Position numbers and translations under genes: made by a program
Source of the DNA: Podarcis liolepis
Lineage: Eukaryota
DNA: 64,000 nucleotides
NCBI GenBank assembly: GCA_965112155.1
Contig: OZ218107.1
Direction: 5' to 3' (one strand)
Notes under the pieces: model-generated
The model's input: only the letters and a program-made list of their open reading frames with translations
Database searches by the model: none
Told to the model about the DNA's origin: nothing
Shown: positions 25,184 to 36,070 of the stretch, in pieces
How the letters are laid out: every line of letters begins with the position of its first letter
Numbering within the stretch: the stretch's first letter is position 1

Positions 25184-25993
25184 CAGGGCCAGATTTAGGT
25201 TTGATGAGACCCTAAGCTACTGAAGGTAATGGAGCCCTTTATATGTCCAGCTGTCCTTTTGTCAGTAACAAATTGTTGCTGTTTTTTGTGTTAAATATAC
25301 TGTATGCATCATCATTTATTATTTATACCCCGCCCATCTGGCTGGGTCTTCCAACAAAATACAATAGTCTATTAAACATTAAAAACTTCCCTAAACAGGG
25401 GTGCCTTCATATGGTAATTTATGGACCTACAGTGGTGCCTCGCAAGACGAAATTAATCCGTTCCGCGAGTCTCTTCGTCTTGCGGTTTTTTCGTCTTGCG
25501 AAGCACGGCTATTAGCGGCTTAGCGGCTATTAATGGCTTAGCGGCTCTAAGAAAAAGGAAACAAACTCGCAAGAACTCGCAAGACGTCTTGTGAAGCAAG
25601 CCCATAGGGAAATCCGTCTTGCGGAACGACTCAAAAAACGGAAAACTCTTTCGTCTTGCGCGTTTTTCGTCTTGCGAGGCATTCGTCTTGCAAGGTACCA
25701 CTGTAATAGGTATCTAAAGCCATTTGCACATGCTGCCATACAACCAGTCCATGCAGAATGTAGGCACCCTATTTATAGAAATGAGCACACCAGTGAAATT
25801 TTAGGGAGCAGGCAGAACCCATTACTTACATCATAGGAGCCTACCTACGCAACACCAAACACTGTTGCTGTATGTAGGTTTTATATATATATATAGAAAT
25901 CTACATAGGTTTTTTCTTTAATTTTTTTGGGGGCCCCAAGAGAGTGAGGCCCTAAGCTATAGTTTGTTTATCTTATACATAAATCCGGGACTG
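25184..25993. mobile_element. hAT (Tip100-like) element with a nested L2 tail and Tigger-like MITE
   Basis: TIRs CAGGGCCAGATTTA / CAGTCCCGGATTTA; CCCTAAGCTA subterminal repeats. Confidence 0.75.
25430..25703. mobile_element. Young CpG-rich Tigger-like MITE
   Basis: TA TSD; TIR CAGTGGTGCCTCGCAAGACGAA. Confidence 0.9.
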
Positions 25994-26189
25994 GGTGCAT
26001 CTCCGCACAATGCAATTTCCTCTATGGAGGGGTTAAGCGCCGCCTATTTAGGCTTCTGATTTCCCATGCAGTTTTTCACAATCAAAAGAAGCCGCTGTGT
26101 CACTGTTGTTGGTGAGCATGGGGTGCCTGGGGACCTTCTATGACCCCCTTCTACGAAGGGGTCGTGGTGGTGGGGACAACAACAGGACA

Positions 26190-26560
26190 GCAGCCCACGC
26201 CGCCGTACTGGCAGCCGCCATCTTAAGCCTTTCCGCCTCCTGCATCTTTTCCGCTCCGTTCAAGACTTTTGGCGCCAAAACCTTCTCCAACGGCGCTTAG
26301 TCATTTCATTAAAGAAAAAAAGCAGACGAAGGGGCGTGGTCTCATTTCTCCTTCCTCCAATCGGCTTCGACGCTTACCGGCGTCGCTTCCTCGCGATCGG
26401 AGAAGGCGGGGTTAAGATGCTTGCGCCTGAAACCAATCACAAAGCTCTTAGGCCCTTTGGCCCAATGGGAGCGAGCGGTGCGAGACAATAGGCGGGTTAC
26501 TTTTTCTTTTTGCCGCGAAAACGTCTGGCGTTCTCTTCGCGCCGAAGGGGCGGAAGTTTG
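26190..26560 (+). promoter_or_regulatory. MCM5: MCM5 CpG-island promoter
   Basis: E2F-type sites TTTTGGCGCCAAAA 26267-26280, TTTTGCCGCGAAAA 26508-26521, TTCGCGCC 26536; CCAAT boxes at 26357, 26433, 26462; GC boxes; ETS CGGAAGT; YY1 motif 26214-26224. Confidence 0.85.
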
Positions 26561-26672
26561 TTTTTTTCCGGGAATCGAGTTTGTTGCTGGAGAAGCAGGT
26601 GGGTGTCTTCGGGGTTTGCCAGCCCGGCAGGGCGGGGAGGGGGAAGCGGCTCTCGACTGCTGGTTTCGGTGG
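26540..26672 (+). other. MCM5: MCM5 non-coding exon 1 (start approximate; two possible donors)
   Basis: Donors CAG|GTGGGT after 26598 and TGG|GTAAGT after 26672, downstream of the E2F/CCAAT cluster. Confidence 0.6.
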
Positions 26673-26916
26673 GTAAGTAGCTTTTACCACTGGGATGTCG
26701 GGTGCAAGGCCGGGGAAGTGGCCCCTCGCTCCCTAACCGTATTGTCTCCATATCCGGGGCCTCTTGTCCTGTTGATGGCCTGGCAATGTCAGAATCTGAC
26801 TTTTTGAAAGAACACGCAAAAAAGTAAAAGTGCAACTGACTATTGCACCTTAGCTTTGTACATGCTCAGATCCACTTTTTATCTTTTTGGGCACTCTGCT
26901 GTGGTTTGGATTAGGT

Positions 26917-27167
26917 CAGGGGTCAGCAAACCTTTTCAGCAGGGGGGCCGGTCCACTATCCCTCAGATCTTGTGGGGGGCCGGACTATATATTGAAAAAA
27001 ATATATGAACGAATTCCTTTGCCCCACAAATAACCCAGAGATGCATTTTAAGTAAAAGGGCACATTCTACTCATGTAAAAACAGCTGATTCTCGGACCAT
27101 CCGCGAGCCGGATTTAGAAGGCGATTGGGCCGAATTCGGCCCCTGGGCCTTAGTTTGCCTAGCCATG
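26917..27167. mobile_element. hAT-Charlie MITE in MCM5 intron 1
   Basis: 8-bp TSD GATTAGGT; TIR CAGGGGTCAGCAAAC. Confidence 0.88.
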
Positions 27168-27173
27168 GATTAG

Positions 27174-27446
<273 letters not shown>

Positions 27447-27863
27447 TAACTTGAAGGCTAAAATGCTGCACGGTATCTACTTATCTAGGAGTAACCCCAC
27501 CCACCCCTTTGAACTTAGTAGGACTTAACTCCTGAGTAGATAAGTGTAGCATTGTGCTTTTAATGTATTGTGCTTTGAATATATTACTGGTTTGGATTAG
27601 TATGGCTCTGTTTACTGTATTTATAGGCTGTCCTGTGGCAAAGTTCTCAGGGTCTTATGGCACCTTAATGACTAATAGAAATTAGGGTGGCATGAGCCAT
27701 CTGACAAATTGTTGCAAGACTCTTGGATTGTTTTCACTGTAAGAGGCTAACATGGCTACTACACCTTTGCAAGTTTCTCAAGGCAGCTACCAATCTGGGG
27801 AAAATAAGATTAAATAAGAAAAACAAAGGAGCATGAACACAGTAGAATATTAGTGTGTACTAG

Positions 27864-28085
<222 letters not shown>

Positions 28086-28144
28086 TGAGAAGGGCTGGGA
28101 GACAGAAATAGTGGGTTGCAGTCAGGTGAACATGGACAGCATTG

Positions 28145-28756
28145 ATTTATTATTAGTTATTACATATTATATCCCACCTTTCCTCCAAGGAGACTAAGGT
28201 GGCATGCTTTACTCTCCCCTGCCCTTCTCCATATTATCCTCCCATCAACCCTGTGAGGTTGGTTAGGCTGAGAGTTGGGTACTGGCCTGAGGTCACCCAG
28301 TGAGTCACATGGCCAGGTAGGGATTTGAACCTCAGTCTCTCAGGTCCTAGGGACGCGGGTGGCGCTGTGGGTAAAACCTCAGCGCCTAGGACTTGCCGAT
28401 CGCAAGGTCGGCAGTTCGAATCCCCGCAGCGGGGTGAGCTCCCGTCGTCCGGTCCCAGCTCCTGCCCACCTAGCAGTTCGAAAGCATGTCCAAGTGCAAG
28501 TAGATAAATAGGGACCGCTTTCTAGTGGGAAGGTAAACGGCGTTTCTGTGTGCTGCGCTGGTGCAGGCTCGCCAGAGCAGCTTCGTCACGCTGGCCACGT
28601 GACCCGGAAGTGTCTCCGGACAGCGCTGGCCCCCGGCCTCTTAAGCGAGATGGGCGTGCAACCCTAGAGTCGGACATGACTGGCCCGTACAGGCAGGGGT
28701 ACCTTTACCTTTACCTCTCAGGTCCTAGTCTAACCACTACACCATACTGGCTCTCC
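28145..28756 (-). mobile_element. Older tRNA/L2-tail SINE (Squam3-like), host of a Sauria SINE
   Basis: Reverse-complement head GGAGAGCCAGTATGGTGTAGTGGTTAG at 28729-28756; body at 28145-28350. Confidence 0.75.
28350..28714 (+). mobile_element. Sauria SINE nested inside an L2-tail SINE
   Basis: TSD CTCTCAGGTCCTAG (28337-28350/28715-28728). Confidence 0.92.
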
Positions 28757-29043
28757 CCAAGGGGGACCTGAAACAAAATATTGCTGGCCAGTTATGCCCT
28801 ACTCTGTTCCATTCCCCCCCTTTTCTTTTTGCTCATTCAACCATCACTTAGCATGCTCAATTCTTCTTTGGTAGTCTTGGGCTTTTTGCCCCTGCCCAAT
28901 GTACTTCTGCTTAGCATGCTGATACCTCCCTCATATTTCTTAGCAGCTTCATTTCTGTTGACACTTACCACCTGAGCTTGCTAACAAAGGGAGTGATAGC
29001 CATTGGCTTCTGATGTTCTGAGCAGCAATGTTCTTTTTCTCAG

Positions 29044-29172
29044 CTAGAGGAAGCAGCAAAGGAGGTGGCTGATGAAATAACACGCCCTCGTCCAACGGGA
29101 GAGGAGACTCTTCAAGACATTCAAGTCATGCTGAGGTCGGATGCCAATCCAGCCAATATCCGCAGTCTCAAG
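29044..29172 (+). CDS. MCM5: MCM5 exon 4
   Basis: [17 protein letters not shown]...IRSLK; 129 nt. Confidence 0.96.
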
Positions 29173-29816
29173 GTGAGCTGGGTGGATTCACTATGATAGA
29201 CTGAAGAGGAGAAGCTACAGTAGAGCATTTAGATGTGGAGAAACCCTTTGGCGGGGGGAGCATGGTCTTGCTTGATGCCTCATAGTGAGTCAGTAAAAGT
29301 GGGTGACAAGCAGTAGTTTTTGCAAAGCCAAAACCAATGTGGAGCCCCTCCGCATCCATAAGCCTTGTAAACACAGAAATTGTGGTAGGCAATTTGCTTG
29401 ACCCAGGAAGTTTGATGGTTCCCTCTCTCTGTGTTGGCAGGGAGACAACAATCCTTAAGTTCACATGGGAAGCTGCCCCTGGAAATTTTCATGCCTATGT
29501 CCAAATCTTCCACAATTCTCAGCTTTGAAAATAAAATCTTTTAAAAACCATATTCTGTAGTCGAGTACATTAGGCACATTGTACGTTTATTAAATGTTTT
29601 GATTTGCATTTTTGGCTTTATTTCCTCATTTACCTAGCTGCATTTAGAAACGGGAACACTTCGAGTTTTTAAAAACTGATTTTGTTAGGTATAGGGGAAG
29701 AGAAATTCGGATTTGTGGATTTATTGCATTTGGCTCTGAACACTTTGGAGTGCAATTTGCAGCTGTTTCCTTTGGAGCTCATTCACAGCTGTGTTTCCCT
29801 CCTGCTTGCTTTGCAG

Positions 29817-29989
29817 TCAGAGCAGATGTCTCATCTGGTGAAGATCCCAGGAATCATCATTGCTGCCACTGCTGTGAGAGCCAAAGCCACCAGGATCACC
29901 ATCCAGTGTCGCACATGCCGAAACATCATCCCCAACATTGCCTTGCGCCCTGGCCTGGAAGGATACGCTCTTCCTCGGAAATGCAGCAC
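29817..29989 (+). CDS. MCM5: MCM5 exon 5
   Basis: [11 protein letters not shown]...QCRTC zinc-finger half; 173 nt. Confidence 0.96.
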
Positions 29990-30658
29990 GTAAGGCTGAA
30001 AGTCCCTTTCCCAGTGCATCTCTTCTCTTGTTTGTCTGCCCCATCTCACGTGCAAAATCCTCCTGCAGGGCAACCCTGTACACGCCCAGCCAAAATGCAT
30101 TATTTAGAGCTTGCTCTCAGGGCACTGGAATTTAGTGGACCTTACTTCCAAGAAGCCAGGTACGAGTTTTTGCAGCCTTACAGGGCAATCTAAACTTTGC
30201 ACTACCAATGCTCTGCAGAGGCACAACCAGGCCACCCACAGCAGATGAAAGGTGGAGGGGACCAGGCAGATCAGCTGTGAGAGCAGCTCAGGATCTAGTG
30301 CATTTCAGTCTGGCCCAGCTCCAGAGTGCCCCACTTTGGGGTTTGCTGGGTGGGATACTTTTAGGTATTGGGCCGAGCCAGGAGATACAAGCAAAGGGTT
30401 GCCTTCACTCGATACATGCATGCCCCAGGGGAGGGTTGGATTGCAGCCCCTGTCATTTGTTTTCTGGCAGAGTATTATGTGTGTTTGCTCAGTTGTTAAT
30501 CACGCTAAGTTAAATGGATCTTGTCTCAGATAGGTAGCCATGTTGGTCTGACGCAGTCGAAATAAATAAAAAAAAGTCCAGTAGCACCTTAGAGACTAAC
30601 TAAGTTTCATGTACACATGAAAGCTTACACCCAGAACAAACTTAATTGGTCTCTAAGG

Positions 30659-32080
30659 CAGTGTTTCCCAACCTTTTTTGGGCAAAGGCACACTTGTTTC
30701 ATGAAAAAAATCTTGAGGCACACCACCATTACAGCCCCGTGACGTCAGCGCGCAGCGTCACGCCGGGAGGGACATGAATTGCTAGCAAATTACATAATCA
30801 CCTCCTTGAGGGCTGGCTCATCTTCTCCGAAGGCAGAACCCCATTAATTAACAGCACAGACTCACACCATAGCCAAGACGAGGGGGGAAAACCTCAGTCA
30901 TGCACAGTCATGCACATGTGGGGGCTAAATGAGGACGAAGACCGGGCAGAGAGCAGGGTTCAAATCACCCCACCTGGCCAGGACAATCCCTGGGTGCTCC
31001 CTTGGGCCACTCGCCTGACCCACCTCGCAGGGCTGTTGTTGCGAGGATAACACGGGGAGAACCACGCGCGCCCCCGGGAGCTCCTTGGAGGAGAAAGCGG
31101 GCGATGAATGCAATGCACGAAATATATGAGAGGCGACCAGGTTTTGCAGGTGAGGGGCCCCCGCCAGCCTCCGCTTCCAACACCCGGCGCAACGACGCCG
31201 AAGTTTCCCCCCGGGCTCTGCTCGGGGAGCAGCGCTGCTCCCCCCCGGCTCCCCTTCGCCCTCCCGGCTCTCTCTGCCGCCCACTGGGGACCCCCCTCAC
31301 CTGCCAAGTCCGGAGCGCCGGTGGAAGTTGCATGCATGCATGCAGGGCGCCGCGTTGCCATTGCACTGCACTGCACTCCATGCAACGCCTGCACGCATGC
31401 ATTGCCTTGCACGCCCGCCAAGGGGTCTCCCCGCGGTCCGATGCGTCCCCTCCGGCGCGGATGCAGCATTGCAAAAATAAAAAAACCCCGACGCAGCCCT
31501 ACCTGGGGGGCAGCCTCCGCCTCCGCCGCTCCGCCTCCGCGGGGATCCCCGGGCTCCATCCTGCCGCCCGATCTCCGCGGGGGCGCAGGCAGGCTGCGCG
31601 GGGTCTGCGCGGAAGAGCCCCTGCCCGCCCGGCCGCCGCCACTGCGCTCATTCCATGGCCAGGAGAAGAGCGCTTCAAACAAAACGCCCGGCCCGCCAGG
31701 CCACGCTGGGAAACGTAGTTCGCGCCCAAGGGGAGCCCAAGGGCGAGGGGACTACGGATCCCGGCAGCCCCCGCGCCGGGGACGGAGGGGGAGAGGCCGG
31801 GTGCAGGGATGGAGGGACGGGTGGGTGAGCGAGTGAGTGAGTGGCAGCCGCCAAGCCTTGGCCGAGAGCCAGGAAGGGCCTCCCTGGAGGAGGAGGAGGA
31901 GGGAGGCGCAGAGCGGGAGGGAGGGAGGAAACCCCAGGGGTCATCTAGTGACGGCGCCCCAATCGAAAATTTGACTTTTTTAAAAAAAAATCTTTCGAAT
32001 TTTTTAATTTTTCCCGCGGCACACCAGGCAACATCTCGCGGCACACTAGTGTGCCGCGGAACAGTGGTTGGGAAACACTG
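30659..32080. mobile_element. Non-autonomous hAT (Charlie-type) element with GC-rich cargo
   Basis: Perfect 15-bp TIR CAGTGTTTCCCAACC; 8-bp TSD CTCTAAGG; no transposase ORF. Confidence 0.95.
31503..31559 (-). pseudogene. Captured first coding exon of an unidentified host gene (MEPGDPRGGGAAEAEAAPQ)
   Basis: Kozak GGCAGGATGG; ends CAG|GTAGGG in phase 0; lies within the CpG-island cargo of the hAT element. Confidence 0.5.
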
Positions 32081-32313
32081 CTCTAAGGTGCTACTGGACA
32101 TTTTATTATTATTATTTTAAATGGATCTTGTTCTCAATAAGGTTTTGCTTAAGGTTTCCTGCCTTCCTCCTAAGATTTTTGATACCTCCTTTGTCAGCAT
32201 CACCCTTGAGCCAGTGCCACTAACTGGACTCATCCACTTCAGCCCCGACTGGGATAGGCGAGCTGGGTAGCACTTCCAGAGACCACCTTCTGCACAGGAA
32301 CAGGTCAAAGTGC

Positions 32314-32827
32314 TGTGGACTCACAGCTTAGAGTTGTGAGCACTGGATTCACTCCCACAAGAAGACAGTCGTCGCACAGCAGAGTACAGCAGAGTCTAGC
32401 AGAGTATATAAACAACTCGGAGAGCAGCTCTGTAGAATATCTTCTTTATTCTTTATTCTATAACTACAACTATAATACAACTATATACAGAGGTAAATAG
32501 GTCTAAGCATAAATGAATGCTCAACCGCACTGAGTGTCTGCAGCTGCTCTTAGCAGCAACCTTATCTAAACACACAATCTCTCTCTAACACTCAGTCTCT
32601 CTCTCTCCGACACACTGACTGACTCTTTGATGTGGTGCTGGAGCAGAATAAGTAGAGAGCAGAACACGGCTCCTCCTCTCTGGAGAATCAGCAGAGAATC
32701 AGGAGATTCTTGGATATGGGAGGGGTGAAATCTCCTCATCCTTCATGGGAAATGCAATTGTCCCGCGTTCTCAGAAAGGACCTAAGAATTAAGCAGAACC
32801 AGCACGGTGATCAGCAGCTTTTAATCA
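32314..32827 (-). mobile_element. Probable solo LTR
   Basis: TG...CA ends; near-match 5-bp TSD AGTGC/AGAGC; AATAAA on the minus strand. Confidence 0.5.
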
Positions 32828-33524
32828 AGAGCAATTGGCTCACTTGGGGGCTGTGGGCGACTTGGGGGCAGAAGTCCAGGGCCTCCAGATGAAGAAGGAC
32901 TGGCTTACTTTACATTTTGAAGCTGATGGAAAGATGCACAGCACCCACGCACATCAGTTGGTAATATCAGGTGCTGAGCTCAGAGCCTAAAACTAACCTA
33001 ATTGTACCACCACAGAAGAGCAAGTAGTGCATTGGGTCAATCAAATCCTTTTTACTCAGGTGTGGGGAACCTTTGGCCCTCCAGAGGCTGCTGAAATGCA
33101 ATTCCTATAAACCCTCAACAAGCACGATTGATGGCCAGAGGTGATGGGGGTTCTGGGTTCAGCAACATCTGCAAAGGTTCTCCATGCCTGCTTTAGCTGA
33201 CTAAACTAAAGTCTATGTTTACTTTTACTTTTCTCCCAGCAGTGCACAGGTAAAACAACCCTATATCTTTAGTATGTCCTCTGAAGGCTTTCCCTTAACA
33301 CTTTTGTGAGTGGGGGTCAGGTGAATATATGGTCCCCACATGAAGCTGACGTCTGTGGGTTCAGCAACCTTCCTTGGGCACAGTAGGTAATCTTGGGGCA
33401 AGTTTGGTGTCTCTTGGTTCCATTTCCTTAATTTGCAAAACAGGGATTTTCATGACTTGCCAGACTAGGTGTCTTGGAAGACTTAGACAAAGATGATAAA
33501 AGCACACCACTCCTCCTAATGGAA

Positions 33525-33847
33525 TCGGCAAAGGAAGAACGGATACAAAAACTTATGGAATATGCAGAAATGGCAAAACTCACTGGAAGAATAAGAAATC
33601 AAGATAATTATTGAATATTTACAGATGAATTTCAAACAGATAAAAACATTGGCAGGGTCATTGTAATAACCTGCAGTTTATATTTAAAGTAGATAATCAA
33701 ATGAGCAAATTAAATGAATTTGGATATGCAGAAGATGTTAAAAAAATTAAGGAACCGCAGAAAGAGGGGAAAGGAAGTCAAACTTTGAAATGTTAAAATG
33801 ATTGTAGAATTAATAAAATGTATAAATTTGAAAAGTATAAATAAAAA
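33525..33847 (+). mobile_element. L1-type 3' fragment
   Basis: MEYAEMAKLT remnant similar to the 3459 element; A-rich end. Confidence 0.65.
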
Positions 33848-33919
33848 CTCTAATGTACAACCTGCTCCCATCTTCCCTGCACCCATTTCCCCCTCTCTCT
33901 TCCCTCCTCCCCTTTTCAG

Positions 33920-34075
33920 AGAACAGACAGGCCTAACAAAGTGCCCTTTGGACCCATACTTCATTGTTCCAGACAAGTGCAAATGTGTGGATTTCCAGAC
34001 CCTGAAGCTCCAGGAGTCGCCAGATGCTGTCCCCCATGGGGAGATGCCCAGGCACATGCAGCTCTACTGCGACAG
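33920..34075 (+). CDS. MCM5: MCM5 exon 6
   Basis: [26 protein letters not shown]; 156 nt. Confidence 0.96.
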
Positions 34076-34567
34076 GTGACGACTTCCATCAGCTGATTTA
34101 GACAGGGATCTTTGTTGTTAGGAAGAGGGGTTTATTTCTCGGTGGTAGAACAAACACTTTGAAATCAAGAGTTCTCAGGTTAAACCCCCTAGGCACCTCC
34201 AGGTAAAAAGTTCAGATAGCAGGTGACGGGGAAAGAGCCCTATCTGAAAGCCTGGAGAGCTGGTGGCAATTAGTGTAGACCAGGGATGCTAAGCTCTGGC
34301 CATCCAGATGTTGGACTACAACTCCCATCAACCCTGACTGGTTCCCATGCTGGCTGGGACTGATGAGAGTTTGTATCGAGCCAGTCATTTTTATGATAAT
34401 TCTGCATTGTTTTATGGTATATGATGCTTTTTTTGTTGTAAATTTTGCTGTGTATTACCCCGGTATATATATGAGGAATGGTCTAGAAATGCTTCTAGAA
34501 ATTTTAAATAAACAGTATCTAGTGGGGTCGCAGGTTCCTAATCCCTGGTGTAGGCAGTAATCTAGGT

Positions 34568-34700
34568 CAGGCATAGGCAAACTCCGATCCTCCAGATGTT
34601 TGGGACTACAGTTCCCATCTCTAGCTAACAGGACCAGTGGTCAGGAATGATGGGAATTGTAGTCCCAAACATCTGGAAGGCCGGAGTTCGCCTGTGGCTG
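34568..34700. mobile_element. Palindromic hAT-Charlie MITE (ACTACAnTCCCA family)
   Basis: TSD ATCTAGGT; relatives near 10300-10440, 13263-13345, 20876-21005, 33057-33190, 34280-34380 and 46480-46580. Confidence 0.8.
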
Positions 34701-35396
34701 ATCTAGGTGGACCAAATGATCTGATGCTGATGTAAGACAGCTGCCTATGCTGAACCTGTCATAAGAATGGCTACATTGAACATTTGAGTCGGTTGCAGTG
34801 TCCTCTGGCTCTACAAAATTGGATACCTTCTGTGTGACACCTTTTGTGTACTTTTGGGGTATGGGTTGTTAGATAATGTTGGTTCCTGAAGACATGTAGG
34901 TGGGCCACAGGAATGGCCCTGTTGATACTTATTTAAAACTGCAATCCTACGCACACATATCTGGGAGTAAGTTTCAGTGAACTTGCTGGGTCTTACTTCT
35001 GAGTAGGCATGAAATAAGACTGCACTATAAAGCTATTTAACAAATTTGGAAGGAACCCAAAGACTTATTTTCTAGTCCATTCCCAGCTGGTACACTGGGT
35101 CAACCACCCACCAGCTGAATGATGCAGGAACACAGCGATTGCCATCTTGCTTGCATGTGTTGAAAAGAGTTAGAGCATTATTGGCTTGTTGTTAACCACT
35201 GTGAGCATTCTAAAGATAAAGATGTACAATGGAAAAGCAACATAAAAATACCTGATAGTAAATAAAATGACAAAGGTTTGTCTCCTGGGCCAACTCTGCA
35301 ATATTAGAGGCATTTGTACTTGGTAAGCTTTTTGTCATTCAAGAGGAAACAAAAAGCAATCTTATAGTTCCACTTTTCTTTCCCTTCTTGCTTATG

Positions 35397-35436
35397 GTCT
35401 ACGGCCATACTACCCTGAACACGCCCGATCTCGTCT
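35397..35436 (+). pseudogene. 3'-truncated 5S rRNA fragment (first 40 nt)
   Basis: GTCTACGGCCATACTACCCTGAACACGCCCGATCTCGTCT has 2 mismatches to the vertebrate 5S 5' end; flanked by CTTATG repeats. Confidence 0.9.
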
Positions 35437-35456
35437 TATGCTAATTGTTTTTCCAG

Positions 35457-35623
35457 GTATTTATGTGACAAGGTTGTCCCTGGGAACAGAGTGACCATCA
35501 TGGGCATCTACTCCATCAAGAAGTCTGGCCTCACGAAGAACAAGGGCCGGGACAATGTTGGTGTGGGCATACGAAGCTCTTACATCCGTGTGGTGGGAAT
35601 CCAAGTGGACACTGAAGGCTCGG
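35457..35623 (+). CDS. MCM5: MCM5 exon 7
   Basis: [20 protein letters not shown]; 167 nt. Confidence 0.96.
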
Positions 35624-36070
35624 GTAAAGCTGCTTTTGGAAAACTCTGCTCCTTTGTTTCTGGTTCTAAATATTGTCCTTCCTCTTTTGTATTCTTGTGA
35701 ACTTGAACCACCTGCTCAGGAATGCTTTGATTTGAAGAGCAGTGGTTTGGTGTTGTGGCTGAGAGGCAACATAACCTCACGTTAACGTTTTTAATGTGTA
35801 TTTTAGATACTTTGTGAACCACTTAGAGGTTTTATTTACAACTAAGTCATATAAAAATGTTGTTAAATAAATAAACCTCCACCCATATTCTTCTGGGGAT
35901 GTGTCCTCTCTGTTGTAAAATAGGGATGAAGTTCTTCTAAGTGTACAGAAAGAAATGGTAATGTTTGGGATGGGGAAAATATAAAAAATGGGGGCTACTG
36001 TGACATTGCAGTGAATGCTTGAAATAATTAAAATTGAGTGTCCTGAGTGTTTCTGTATTCTCTCCTCTAG

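Larger units (their letters stand above)
25005..26177 (+). repeat. ~180-bp direct duplication (25005-25183 and 25994-26177)
   Basis: The two copies align end to end and abut the two TIRs of the 25184-25993 element. Confidence 0.9.
30525..32116. mobile_element. Penelope-like inverted-repeat remnant hosting the hAT insertion
   Basis: Arms GTCCAGTAGCACCTTAGAGAC / GTCTCTAAGG^TGCTACTGGAC; flanking direct repeat TTAAATGGATCTTGT (30510-30524/32117-32131). Confidence 0.7.

Noticed and set aside
30925-32120. Overlapping 100-240 aa ORFs on both strands
   Set aside because: Low-complexity products of very high GC content, with no transposase or other domain motif. Only the 19-codon exon has supporting signals.
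35397-35436. Functional 5S rRNA gene
   Set aside because: Only 40 of about 120 nt are present, with no internal promoter or terminator.
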